64,000 nucleotides of DNA from Tubulanus polymorphus. Taxonomy: Eukaryota > Animalia > Nemertea. Each line of letters opens with the position of its first letter. The stretch's first letter is position 1. Location: the NCBI RefSeq assembly GCF_964204645.1, contig NC_134027.1, positions 16,888,560-16,952,559 of the forward strand. The letters are read 5' to 3'. Both the position numbers and the translations under genes were made by a program. Positions 38,583-50,782 of the stretch are shown in pieces. A model generated the notes under the pieces. That model was not told where the DNA came from and ran no database searches. It worked only from the letters and a program-made list of their open reading frames with translations.

Positions 38583-39347
38583 ACTGTTTTTTGTAGTTAT
38601 TGGGGCTATTAAATATGAAACCTTTAGATATATTTAAGTGTATTTAGTATATCTTTTAGATGGCTAGAGTTGCCGCTAATATCTTTTAGATTAATGAAAC
38701 GCCATACGCATCAAGAAGTGATAGAGAAACTCAAGATACTCTTTCTGTACTCTTTCTGACTGAGGAATCAACAGCAATGGATATCAAACCAATAGAATCA
38801 CCAAAAGATCGAAGAAGAAATATAAGAATTTCAAAAACATTAAGACTCCAATGATTAAGTTTAACATTTGTTGATGTAGTTAAATATTTACCAGCAATTG
38901 AAAAAATGCTGGTAATTATAAATTGTATCTATAGAAATCAAATGATGTATTGGAAGAAATGACTGAACAACTTGTATAATGTATTGTGTAAATCTGTTTG
39001 GTGAATTTTTATGTTCAGTCGTTTCAATAATGATTCGTTTCAATTATGATTAGCGCATGCGCATTAAGCAAAAGCGCGCATGAATGCGCGGTTTACCTAA
39101 TGCGAACACGTTTAGATATTTCATGTCGGTTGTTTCTATTTACATAATGAATATATAATTATGATTAGCGCATTAAGCAAAAGCGCGCACGAATGCGCGG
39201 TTTTGCCCAGTTGTATGATTTAGATATAAAGGAATCGAAACTGACTTATCAAAAGCAGCGAGGAATGAAAAAGGATGACGTTGGTCGAAGAAATGGAAGA
39301 GGATTCTAAAATATTAACCAATTTAGTAAAAAAAATACGTATAATAA

Positions 39348-40016
39348 ATGGAACCAGAACAACCACAAACTATCAATATTACAAATAACACTGGTGGTGT
39401 TATAAATATATATTACAAGAAGTGTTCTAAGTGTGAATTAGATAAATTAGCTTTAACAGAATTTAGTAAGCGTAAGATTAGCAAAGATGGTTTTCAATAT
39501 TGCTGTAAAACTTGCACTAAACTATACACCAAACAATACCGAGAAGCTTATAATGATTATATGACAGAATATATGAGAGAAAGATATCAAATAGATCTTA
39601 ATTATAGATTGAAACAATGCTCAAGATCTAGATTAACACAATTATTCAACAAAGAAACACATTCAGAAACACTATCTAATCTATTGGGTTGTTCAGATGA
39701 ATTTCTCAAATCATGGATTATATTTCAATTCGATGATAAAATGAACATAGATAATTATGGGGATTATTACCATATTGATCATACGTTACCGATTTCTAAA
39801 TTTAACATGAATGATGAATACAATAAAAAACTTATTTGGAATTGGAAGAATTTAAGACCTTTAGAAAAGAAGGAAAACATAATTAAATCTAATAAACTAG
39901 ATTTACAGTTATATTTAGAACAGTTAACAAAGGCAAAGAAATTTATTGATCAATGGAACAATGATCCAAATAATGAACAATACGTTGAGGAATTTGATAT
40001 CAAGGATCCGAAATGA
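39348..40016 (+). CDS. HNH endonuclease with N-terminal zinc ribbon
   Basis: KKCSKC..CCKTC; HIDHTLPISKF..NLRPLEKKENIIKSNK. Confidence 0.88.
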   Translation: MEPEQPQTINITNNTGGVINIYYKKCSKCELDKLALTEFSKRKISKDGFQYCCKTCTKLYTKQYREAYNDYMTEYMRERYQIDLNYRLKQCSRSRLTQLFNKETHSETLSNLLGCSDEFLKSWIIFQFDDKMNIDNYGDYYHIDHTLPISKFNMNDEYNKKLIWNWKNLRPLEKKENIIKSNKLDLQLYLEQLTKAKKFIDQWNNDPNNEQYVEEFDIKDPK

Positions 40017-40078
40017 CTTATCTGGACAGTTATAATTACTGCTCCTAATAGATAAACAAAAGTAGTGAGATATCAAAT
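39992..40078 (+). ncRNA. Conserved structured motif, copy in C (overlaps HNH stop)
   Basis: atttgatatc/gatatcaaat, ttatct/agataa, ggacagt/actgctcc. Confidence 0.55.
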
Positions 40079-40318
40079 AGATTTTAAATAAAAAGTATTT
40101 AAAAAACAATAACTTCAACTAGCTTGTGAATTCTATTATATTTTTAATATTTTCTTTTCAAAAAAGAATACTTTATATCACAAATAAAAAATACTAAAAA
40201 AACAATAACTAATACTAAAATTCTTTACCTTTAACTAAGCTAGTATTAATCTGAAGAGATACTGGTATCATTTGAAGAATACATATAATATTTTTTTTGC
40301 TTTTTTTCTCTAATATAA

Positions 40319-40909
40319 ATGTCAAAGAAATCTAATAAGAATAGTATTGATATTGAAAAAACATTAGATGATTTAGGTATTAGTGATAATAAAGATACAG
40401 TTGTTTCTAATTCTATTCAAGTTAATAACAATATAGATTATGAATACTATTTATATTGTAAGCATCATCTAGAACTATTGATTGCCGGTGGAAAAACTAA
40501 TGAGTTTTTAAATAGAATCATTACTTTTCAAGAACTAGACTCTATGAAACCAGATAAAGTAATAAAATATTTTAAGATTTATGAAGAAGCAAGATTAGCT
40601 AGAATAAATGATTCTATTTCAGATGGTATTGTCAAATGTTATTCTAAGTTATGTAACCAGTTAATACCAATTGATGATGAAAATAAATTATATAGTGATT
40701 TGAAAAATGACTACTTAGTTATGACTGAATTACAAAAATGGATTGGATATGCTTCATTTCAATTAGGATCGGTTATGACATTAATTTCTACTGGCGTCAT
40801 AACATTTTCGAACATCAAGCCTATGGAATATAAATCAGGTAAGAATGAAACGGATGACGCTGTACTACAACCAAACGTCGAAACAGAAAAGGAATCGGAA
40901 CAAAAATGA
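40319..40909 (+). CDS. Conserved 196-aa accessory protein
   Basis: Homolog of 16970..17560. Confidence 0.8.
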   Translation: MSKKSNKNSIDIEKTLDDLGISDNKDTVVSNSIQVNNNIDYEYYLYCKHHLELLIAGGKTNEFLNRIITFQELDSMKPDKVIKYFKIYEEARLARINDSISDGIVKCYSKLCNQLIPIDDENKLYSDLKNDYLVMTELQKWIGYASFQLGSVMTLISTGVITFSNIKPMEYKSGKNETDDAVLQPNVETEKESEQK

Positions 40910-40919
40910 ACTAAAATAA

Positions 40920-41279
40920 ATGAGTGATGGAGTTAAGAAAAAGGCTAGATCCGAGAAACAAATTAAATGGGCAAGAGAATTAGGTAAAATATCTTCAGAA
41001 TTAAAAAAAGCTAAGAAAAAGAAATTAACTGACATAAATGAATTATCTGATATTGATTCAAATAATAATCCATCTGATTCTTCTAATGCTAAAAGTAATT
41101 ATAAATTATATATTACAATTGGATTAGTAACAGTTATTATATTCTCTGGTGTAATATATAAATATAAGTATAAATCTGATTATAACAATAATGATTCCAA
41201 TGACAATAAACCTATCATACCAAATAAGTCAAATGATAAAGTCATTGAAAATAAACCAAGATTAATATTAATGGATTAA
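40920..41279 (+). CDS. Small basic single-TM protein
   Basis: LYITIGLVTVIIFSGVIY helix; homologs in A and B. Confidence 0.75.
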   Translation: MSDGVKKKARSEKQIKWARELGKISSELKKAKKKKLTDINELSDIDSNNNPSDSSNAKSNYKLYITIGLVTVIIFSGVIYKYKYKSDYNNNDSNDNKPIIPNKSNDKVIENKPRLILMD

Positions 41280-41285
41280 AATAGA

Positions 41286-42371
41286 ATGAAAAAAGAACAA
41301 TATTTAAGAGATTTATGTTATAACCCAGAGAGTGAAGTATCATATTCTAACGTTTCAGAATTATAGAATAAAATTGAATCTCATAATGGTGGTATAAAAT
41401 ATACTGAATTGAAATCATGGTTACAAAATCAACCAACATATCAAATCCACAAGAAAATGGATAAAACTTATTTAACAAGGAAAGTTATGGTTTCATATAT
41501 CGATCAACAATGGCAAGCAGATTTAATTGACATGAAGAACTTAGAGGAATACAACAAAGGATATTTCTGGATATTAAATGTTATAGATATATTCAGTAGA
41601 TACGCATGGTCAATTCCAATCAAAAATAAAACTGGTATAGAAGTTACAAATGCTTTTAAATCTATATTTAAAGAAGCTATTCCAGATAAGATACAATTTG
41701 ATGAAGGTAAGGAATTTTATAACAAACATTTTAAAAAACTATTATCTGATAACGATGTAAAATATTTTTCAACACACTCAGATAAAAAAGCATCTATTAT
41801 AGTAAGATTTAATAAAACATTGAAAACTAGAATGTGGAAATATTTTACTGCTAATGAAACATATAAATATATCGATGTATTAGATGATTTAGTGAAAGGT
41901 TATAATAATTCTAAACATAGTTCTATAAATATGAAACCTATGCAAGCTAGAAAAGAAGATAATTCAGAAATAGTTTGGAATAATTTATATGGAGCATTTG
42001 TTACACATGATTTCGGTGAACCTAAATTTAAAATAGGACAACACGTAAGAATATCTAAATATAGAAAAACATTTTATAAAGGTTATACCCCTAATTCTAC
42101 AGAAGAAATATTTAAGATTAAAAAGATAATATTAACTAAACCTTTTGTTTATAAACTAGAATATCTAAAAGATGAAGCAATATTAGGTTATTTCTATGAA
42201 CAAGAATTATCATTTGTACCAAATCCAGATGAAATAGAATACAAAATAGAAAAAGTATTGAAAACAAAAACTCTTAAAGGAAAAAAGTATTCTTTGGTGA
42301 AATATAAAGGATACGATGATAAATTTAATGAATGGATTTTATCTAGTAAAATTAAAAGAATAAATGAATAA
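41286..42371 (+). pseudogene. rve integrase with chromodomain; early stop at 41364 and catalytic Glu to Val
   Basis: Nearly identical to 7260..8390; IIVRFN instead of IIERFN. Confidence 0.92.
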
Positions 42372-42975
42372 AGATTTATTTATATTTGAACCGCATAATA
42401 TGTTAGTTACTGGAGTAACAAACTGTGGTAAAACACATTTCATATTAGACTTGTAAGAAACTATCTATAAGAATCATTTTGATAATATAATATTATTTTG
42501 TCCTACTTATAAAATGAATAAAACATATAATAGAGATATAGTTAAAATAAAAAAGTTTATTATATTAGATCCTAAAACAGTAAAAGAAAATTTAGATAAT
42601 TGTATAAAAATAGCAATTGATGCTTTTAAAGGATCAAATACATTATTCATTGTAGATGATTGCGCAAATTTACATGATTCAAAAGTGAGAGAAAGTGAGT
42701 TATGTTATCTAGCTTTCTCTGGAAGACATTTTGGGATAACAACATGGGTTTTAAATCAAAAATATAATTCAATTGTTAAAGACTTTAGGGAGAATATAAG
42801 ATTTCTAGTTTTATTTTATAACAAAGATAAAAAATCTATGCAACAATCATTGGAAGAAAATCAAATTATACCTACTGAATTATATGATGAATATATGAAT
42901 AAATTAAAGAATAATAAAGGTTCAAAATTATTACTGAGACTACAATTTCCATATGAATATAAATTTATAAAATAA
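42364..42975 (+). pseudogene. Packaging ATPase, internal stop at 42454
   Basis: GVTNCGKT, LFIVDD, GRH. Confidence 0.9.
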
Positions 42976-42982
42976 CTATTTG

Positions 42983-43280
42983 TATACCTATGTATTAGAT
43001 ACCCTATTAGATACCCTAATACCTGATACCCTATTAGATACCTTAAATACTTAAAACCCCCTTTTTTTAAATAAATATTATTTATACAATTTTCAACCAA
43101 TTTATTTTTATTTTTTCAACTAATATATGAATAAGTTTGAAAATAATGAAGGTTATTTATTATTACTGAGGTTTCAACATAAATTTAAAAAAGAAATATA
43201 ATTTAAGGTATTTTCAAATAATATGTATTAGATATGTATAAGATACCTTAAATACCTTAAATACCTAAAACCCCCTTTTT
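42983..43280. repeat. ATACC-rich short repeats and duplicated block ending AAAACCCCCTTTTTT
   Basis: Two similar blocks at ~42985-43130 and ~43220-43315. Confidence 0.7.
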
Positions 43281-43421
43281 TATTTGCTATTATTTTATAC
43301 AATTTTCAACTAATATCATTATTCGAGTTAAATATAATTAATATCTTAATCACTTTCACTATCACTCTCCAATTCACTATCAGGCCCTAACAATTTATTC
43401 AAATGCTCTACCGAATCTACA

Positions 43422-44135
43422 TCAATAGTTATTCTTCACCCTTTTTACCGCATCATCAATAGTTGTTTCATTGTTATGCTTATTCATCCAATCAAATTTA
43501 TCATTATTTTCTACTTTATGTTTCATAGAATCTTTATTAGTGTTTGCTCCTAATATTTCATTTACAGTGTTTGATCCTAATATTTCATTAGCATCAGTTA
43601 AATCTAATTCATCTTTATTAGGTGTTGCTAATAAAAAATCTTCATATAATTCTTTACCATTTACTTTTTTATTTGAAACAAACTTTGTAACATATCTAAA
43701 TGGGTGTTCTATAAATTCTCTTAAACCAACACGTTCTATAACATTAGTAATATGTACCTTTGTATTCATATGTTTATTCCAATTTGATGGAGCGTTTGAA
43801 AATTCACCTTTACAATAATCACAATAATTTCTATTTTCACTAACATTTAATATTATTTCATTATTAGATGTAGTAGGTATTACATTATTAGATGTAGTAG
43901 GTATTACTGTAGTAGGTATTACTGTAGTAGGTATTACATTATTATCAATTACATTACTTAAATTATCAACAACTTCACTTTTATTATTATCGATTTCTAT
44001 TAGTTTAGTTTTATAAATTTTGAAAATAGGATCAAATATCAAAGCTATATTACAAGGTATTACATAATATAAACCATCATTATTTTCATGTGTATCGATG
44101 TATGGAATATGTTTATATACTTTACCACCTTCCAT
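43422..44135 (-). CDS. Variable protein with VIPTT repeats and one zinc finger
   Basis: YCDYC..WNKHMNTKVH; T/A-rich + TAAATG start. Confidence 0.72.
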   Translation of the reverse strand: MEGGKVYKHIPYIDTHENNDGLYYVIPCNIALIFDPIFKIYKTKLIEIDNNKSEVVDNLSNVIDNNVIPTTVIPTTVIPTTSNNVIPTTSNNEIILNVSENRNYCDYCKGEFSNAPSNWNKHMNTKVHITNVIERVGLREFIEHPFRYVTKFVSNKKVNGKELYEDFLLATPNKDELDLTDANEILGSNTVNEILGANTNKDSMKHKVENNDKFDWMNKHNNETTIDDAVKRVKNNY

Positions 44136-44769
44136 TTATATAATAAATATTTATTAAAGTTAAAATTTTAATACATAACACTATCTAATTGTGAATTTAC
44201 AATATTTAATTGCGCGTCAGATATAATATAAATGTGCATTTTGAAATTTTTGATTCCTTTATTCTTTGTCATGAATAATTGTATTCCATCTTTAGTGTTT
44301 TGTAATTTTTTTCCAGAACCATGTAATGAATTATCCTCTGTTGTTCTAAAATCTAACCATAATGCATATTTATTACCGGTATAATAATCAATTTGATTAA
44401 TGTGACAATTTTCAGATGATTTTACTTTTTCATTCATAAAATGTTTTCTAATTTCTGGCCATTGATCAATCATTCTCATTCCTTGACAAAATATTTTATT
44501 TGCTATTCCTTCGATAGTTATTTCTACTTTTCTTAGGGAGAGAGTTCAAATATCCGAATAACCATAGAAGCGATAACATTAAAAACCTCATTTTCTAATG
44601 AGTAAATACAGTTTATTAACACGAACGTTTTCGGGATCATATCCCCTCATCAGGTGAAATACAAGTGAATCAAATGATTAAACTACAGGTTTATATACAA
44701 CATAAGTTACAAAATTACAAGTGCTAAATTCTAAGCTAATTGCAAACCAAGTATTTAATTACAAACTAA

Positions 44770-46469
44770 TTATTTGAATACATTTAGGATAAAGGATGAG
44801 CCGTTTTGAAATAATGGTTGATTTAAAGAGGGTCGTTGCGCTTTAATAAACAGGGCCTCCCTTATTTTACAGTCGAGATCAGATGAACCTTTGTCTAGAA
44901 TTTTGAATTTGTTGTTACTGAATTCCTGATCACAAGTGTGACAAATTGCGAGATGTTGTCCAATCGCAGAAGTCTTTGATCTGTGTTCCTTAATCCTGAT
45001 GGCCAAATGTCGTTTAGTTTTCCCAATATAGGAAGTGTTTATATCACATAAACAATTAAATTTATATATGACTTTAGCCTTCAGCGATTTAGGGGTAGCA
45101 CATTTCAAAGAGAAAAAATTCTTAATTTTGGTCGTAGTGAATGCACATTTCAAGTTGATTTCAAAATTCCTTTTAAAAAGATATTTTAATTTTCGGGCAA
45201 ATAGGATTGACGGGTTACCAATATACGGTAATGAAATGAATAGATCAATTCCATCTTCAACAGGTTTCGGTTGAGGTTCTGAGTTCTGTTTTGATTTCAA
45301 AAATCTATTAATACATTGATCGATGACATGAATAGGAAACGCATTAGATTTAAACAGATTTTTCAAGAAATTGATTTCTTCTGAAAAGATGGTCCAATCA
45401 CTGCAAATATTGTAGGCACGAAAAAGCATGGTATTGATGAGTCCTATTTTCCATTTATACGAACACATGGCGTTGAAGTTCAAAAGTAGGCCTGTGTTGG
45501 AAGCTTTCCTGTACACTCGAGATATAAAGTCACTACCGGTTTCTAACGGAATTTGTATTTCGGTATCGAGAAAAGGTAATAGATTAGGACCTAGTTCAAA
45601 AGTGAATTTAAGGTTAGAATGGAGGCGATTCAATTCTTCAAAAAAATAGTCTATAACTGGATACATTTCGAAATATGCCGAAAATATCGTCCACGTATCT
45701 CAGGTATAATGTCGGTTTGTAATTAGTTTTGGAGAGGAGCAAGTTTTCAAAATGGGCAAGACAAAAGTTCGCTAAGGTTGGGCCTAAGGGGCTGCCCATG
45801 GTGACCCCATCAACTTGCTTGAAAAATACGATCATTGTACATAAACAAACCCGAAGTTGCGATTTTAAGTAATTCTTTGAATGTAGCCTGATCATATGTA
45901 GGTTTAGAGTCGGAAGCATATATATAATCGGAAACTATATCAATGGTTTCTTTCAATGGAACATTAGTGAAAAGTGACTCTACATCAAAACTTATTAGAA
46001 TATCAGAAGGTTTAAAAACGAATTGTTTCAGTTTTTTAAGGAACTCCCAAGTGCTATTTAACATGAATTTAGACGGTATATGTGGTTTCATGATTTTATC
46101 GAGATATTTGGCCAGGTTATATTCAGCAGTGTCGATCATTGATACAACGGGTCGAAATGGAAAGTTATCTTTATGCACTTTGCACAAACCATATAATTTA
46201 CCAGGTTGGCTACCGCTTGGGTAGATAGAATCAAATATTTCTGAACTTACATACTGTTTCACATGTTTTCTCAGAAATCCGCAGATTTTGGTTTCATTAG
46301 ATATGACAGGGTGATTCTTTCTCACATTTTTGATTTCAGTAAATTTACTTTTATCAAATACAATTTTATCTAATTTATCGAAATATTCGTTAGAGTCCAA
46401 AATAACAATGCCGTTGCCTTTGTCAAATGAGCAGATCTTAATGTCCTTGTTTTTCCTCAAGTGTGACAA
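44770..46469 (-). pseudogene. Penelope reverse transcriptase and GIY-YIG endonuclease, frameshifted
   Basis: YGLCKVHK..RPVVS, SFDVESLFTNVP, MGSPLGP, RYVDD, VIY..YIGKT.R...R.KEH, REALFI..PSLN. Confidence 0.93.
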
Positions 46470-46757
46470 ACTGTCACACTTGTGATCAGGAATTCAGTAA
46501 CAACAAATTCAAAATTCTAGACAAAGGTTCATCTGATCTCGACTGTAAAATTAGGGAGGCCCTGTTTATTAAAGCGCAACGACCCTCTTTAAATCAACAA
46601 TTATTTCAAAACGGCTCATCCTTTATCCTAAATGTATTCAAATAATTAGTTTGTAATTAAATACTTGGTTTGCAATTAGCTTAGAATTTAGCACTTGTAA
46701 TTTTGTAACTTATGTTGTATATAAACCTGTAGTTTAATCATTTGATTCACTTGTATT

Positions 46758-46796
46758 TCACCTGATGAGGGGATATGATCCCGAAAACGTTCGTGT
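46758..46796 (+). ncRNA. Minimal hammerhead ribozyme in Penelope pLTR (second copy at ~44620-44657, minus strand)
   Basis: cac-CTGATGA-ggggatatgatccc-GAAA-acgt-TC-gtg. Confidence 0.75.
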
Positions 46797-47779
46797 TAAT
46801 AAACTGTATTTACTCATTAGAAAATGAGGTTTTTAATGTTATCGCTTCTATGGTTATTCGGATATTTCTACTTTTGTTATTTCAGGATTATAATAATTAT
46901 CAACATTTATTGCGCCATTAGTATATGTTGCAATGGTAAAAAATATTAATATACCTTTAATAGATCTTCTTGGGAAGTTAATATTCTCATTAATAATTTC
47001 ATCATTTGCATTAATAGTTACAGTTTTGAATTTATCAATATAATCATATAATAATGAAAATCCTTGATTGTATTGAGTTTGAATTATACTTGAAATATTT
47101 TCATCAGTTACTGTATCATATTCTAAACATATATTCGATAATTTATAACTCATATCTTTAACAACGCTAGATAATACAATTTCATTTACAGGAGCAAATG
47201 TTATCTCGAATATAACGTCTTCTTGAATTACATATTTATATAAAGGTGCATTATTATTTATCAATTCAAAGTCTAATGGAATTTTATATTTGCTTCCATA
47301 AATCTTTTTTATCAAATTATCTGCGGTACGAGTTACTATTGCGTCATTAGCTCCTGATATTAACTTATTATGGTTTTCCGATTGAATGCCCTGAAATATC
47401 ATATTATTTCTATTTTCTTTAGTTAACCATAAATCTTTATAATGCATGAATAAATTATAATCATCTAATGAGAAAACTGTTTCTGGACCAATCTTTATTG
47501 TTAACTTTTTAATCAAATATCTTCCAACATTATCAACAACATAATTATTATTATTACCGATTACTTTTATATCAGCTGATAAGTAAATACTATTTGGAAC
47601 ATAAAAAGTATTTTGTGTTAATCGAGATATTCTAACATATAAAGTTTCATCAGCATTAATATTAGAAGGGTTATTAGTAATTATATGAGGTGATCTTTCT
47701 GCTTTAATAGCATTAGATATTCTATGATTCTTAGAAGGATTGATATAACTCCCACTCATTTATTTAACAAAAAAATTAA

Positions 47780-49359
47780 TTATTTATTTTTTATCATGTT
47801 TACTAATCCAAAAATAATAGCACTTACAACTGTAATTAAAAATAAAATAATATGTTCAGCAGCAAAGTTAATAATGTTTCCTGCAGATTTCAATATAAAA
47901 CCAACAATTGATGCAATAATTCCTGGTAAAGCTGCAGCAGATTTTTTAGATAGTTCCCATAAATATTTAGCTAATTTCTTTAAACCATCCTTAACTTTAT
48001 CTTGTATAGAATTATTATCATTTGGGGGTTTATCTGGTTTATTGGGAGTAGGAGTAGATTTCAGTGAATTTGATATTGCTAAACCAATTGTTGTAAATAA
48101 CATAGTTACAGCTGTTAGAATTGAAAGAATTGTTATTCCTTCTAATTTAAATAATAATTTGATTCTATCTTTCAATGATATTTTAGAATCTGGTTTTATC
48201 AAATCTTTAAAAATAACTTTTAATTTATAATATGATTAAGATCATATGATTTTAATAATGTATCTCTTTCTTTTTCCTGTAATTCTTTGTTATATTTTAA
48301 ATCATCTATTTCTTTTTCTAAAGCTAACGTTCTGCTTTCATAATCAGCTTCCTCGATTAATTGAAGATCCTTATTTAATTCTAATTGTTTTAATTCTTCA
48401 TTTGCATCAGTTAATTCTTTTTCTAACATGGCTATTTTAGAATATCTCATCTTAATATTAGCAATTTCACCAGCTGATTCTTGCATACCTTTAATTTCTC
48501 TACGTGCTTGTTCAGGAAATTCTTTTAATTCTTCATCAGTTAAATCAAGTAATCCTTTTTCTATTAAAGATTGCATTCGATTTATTCCAGTACTATTCAT
48601 CTCTTCTTCTGAATCTCTTAATCTATCAATTTGTTTTTCTAATACTAATTGTAATTGACTTGAATCATTATCAATTTGTTGAATATCTCTTCTTGATGTT
48701 ACGGGTGTTGAAGATCTTAATTTATCTAATCGATCTCTATTCTCTTCCATTTCTGTTTCTGAATTATTTTTGATTGTTTCAAATAAGTCATCAATTCTTT
48801 GACTAAATTCTTTTATATTATCATTTCTTTCTTCTTGTGTAACATCAGTTATTTCATTGCTATTACTTATTCTCTTAATTCTATCTGGTTCTAACTTAAG
48901 CAAAGTTGATTCCGCTAATATTTTATTTAGTCTTGTCTTTTGATTAGTGATATCAATATAATAATCACCATCCAAACTATAATAATATTTACCTTTTAAA
49001 AGTTTTAAATCTTTTACTAAAAGTCTGGCGCCTCTGGCATTTATATTATATCCAGATCTTTCAAATACAGGAAGTTGGAATTTATGTATAAAGAATTTAT
49101 ATTCTAAATCTTCCTTTAATAAACCTGGATTTTCATTTTCAGTAGTTATTCTCGATCTAGTTCTTCTATCATGTTCATCTGTTGATGGGGCTTTAGAACC
49201 ACTATCTGCTAAATTAGAATTATATGCTGATTCATTACCATCATCAATATTAGTTTCATTAAGATTAGCACCTGCATCATTATAATCATCATCAATATAT
49301 CCTTCATTATTATTTCCCATTTCTCCCATTTCATAATCTTCTCCACCTTCTACATCCAT
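47780..49359 (-). pseudogene. Acidic/coiled-coil/TM protein, one frameshift
   Basis: ORFs 48220..49359 and 47780..48202. Confidence 0.78.
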
Positions 49360-49375
49360 TTACATAATAAAAAAA

Positions 49376-50312
49376 TTAAAATTTAAAATAAAATATTCCT
49401 CCGATTACAATTCCTATACAAGTTATAGCTAATTTAGCATTTTCATGGGATTTATTATCATCATTTAGTTTAATTATATCATGTTGAATCTTCAAACAAT
49501 ACTTTAAACTGTTTCTGCGCATCGAATGAAGTGTTAGAAGTGTTTCCAATTATTGGGGATCTTGTTTCAACTTGTGCGCCTAAAATACATATCAAATAAG
49601 TTCTAATAGATTGATTTATTCTTTGTATACCTGATTTTGTAAAACCTTCACCATTTTCTAAAATGAAATTAACCCAACCATTATTATTATCAATTTTATA
49701 ATTATGATAAGCTGAAATTCTATGCATATAATCAATTATTTTTATTTCAAACTCTTCACCAACACCTTGCAATTTATCATGCGCTCTGAAATCGGAATTA
49801 ATATTTATATTAAATTCATTACATATTTTATAGAACTTAGATAGATTAATATTATTATCCAATTCTTTAAAATATTTAGACCCGGGTAAAGGACATTCTA
49901 ATTCATTTAATATTATTCTGATTTGAAAATATGTGTGAAATCTAAATATTGTGTGAATTAATTTTAAATCAGAATACTTCAAATTTTTATCTAAGTTATT
50001 TAAATGATCATTCCAACTTATTCCACATCCTGTTGTTGCACAATAAACAGCAAAATCTAATTGGTTCTGCCAATATTTCATATTAGATTTTACTTTATAT
50101 ATATGGTATTCATCTCGAGTAAAAGTAACTTCACATGTATTAAATATATTTTCCATTTTAGAAATAAAAAACTGTGATTCAGTAACATAAATTTCTAAAT
50201 TAGTTAATGAATTTAAAACTACATTTTTATATGTAATATTTTTCTTAAAATCTATTGCCGGAATATTATATTTAATTGATTTATTATATTGGAAAGCTTT
50301 TGGAAACCCCAT
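49376..50312 (-). pseudogene. Conserved ~433-aa protein with internal deletion near 49485
   Basis: Joins FEDS directly to QHDIIK region relative to A/B. Confidence 0.78.
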
Positions 50313-50328
50313 TTATATAACTAAAAAA

Positions 50329-50761
50329 TTAATAATTAACTAATTCTTTTAATAATTTATCTTGTTCTTCAACTGTTATATGACCATTTAAACTTATTAT
50401 ATAATCTAGTGTGTTCTTCAATTTATTAATTTCTTTTATATTAGTTTTAATTTTTTCTTTATTACTTTTTATATTTAATTTTGAACTTATACCGGTTAAA
50501 ACACTTGAACTTAATCCTAACACACCAATTGATATAGCTAAAGGTGTTAATGGACTGAATATTGCTAGAAATGTTATTACAGAACTAATTGTAACCGAAC
50601 CACTTATAATCAAATAATATATAATTTTAGATTTTAAATATTTTTTCTTTTTTATCTTTAAGTCACTTTCAAATTCTAATATTTGTTTTTCTAAATATAT
50701 TTTTAATTTAGTTTTATTTATATCATGAGGAATAAACAATATTATCAACTTTATCTTCCAT
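50329..50761 (-). CDS. Two-TM membrane protein (likely true start 50761, small indel)
   Basis: Hydrophobic hairpin; orthologs in A and B. Confidence 0.72.
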
Positions 50762-50782
50762 TTATTTAGCAAAAAAATATTA

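Larger units (their letters stand above)
44532..46862 (-). mobile_element. Penelope-like retroelement, 5'-truncated, with inverted pseudo-LTR
   Basis: RT + GIY-YIG; ~400-bp inverted duplication 44548-44945 / 46463-46867; ~13-bp TSD TATTTCTACTTTT. Confidence 0.92.
44168..47759 (-). pseudogene. Major capsid protein split by Penelope insertion
   Basis: 46854..47759 and 44168..44531 join to match 3870..5117. Confidence 0.85.

Noticed and set aside
39992-40078. SECIS element or known ribozyme
   Set aside because: ATGA/GA are present but helix II and apical A geometry do not fit; catalytic cores of known ribozymes were not matched by eye
42361-42371. TAAATG as mere stop-start coupling
   Set aside because: Most instances follow intergenic T-rich spacers and the TAA is not the upstream gene's stop; a few overlaps (e.g. 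51450) are compatible with coupling
47724-48773. Antisense ORFs over Polinton genes (also 2293..3825, 21016..22003, 43471..43818)
   Set aside because: Shadow frames of conserved genes on the other strand, with no motifs
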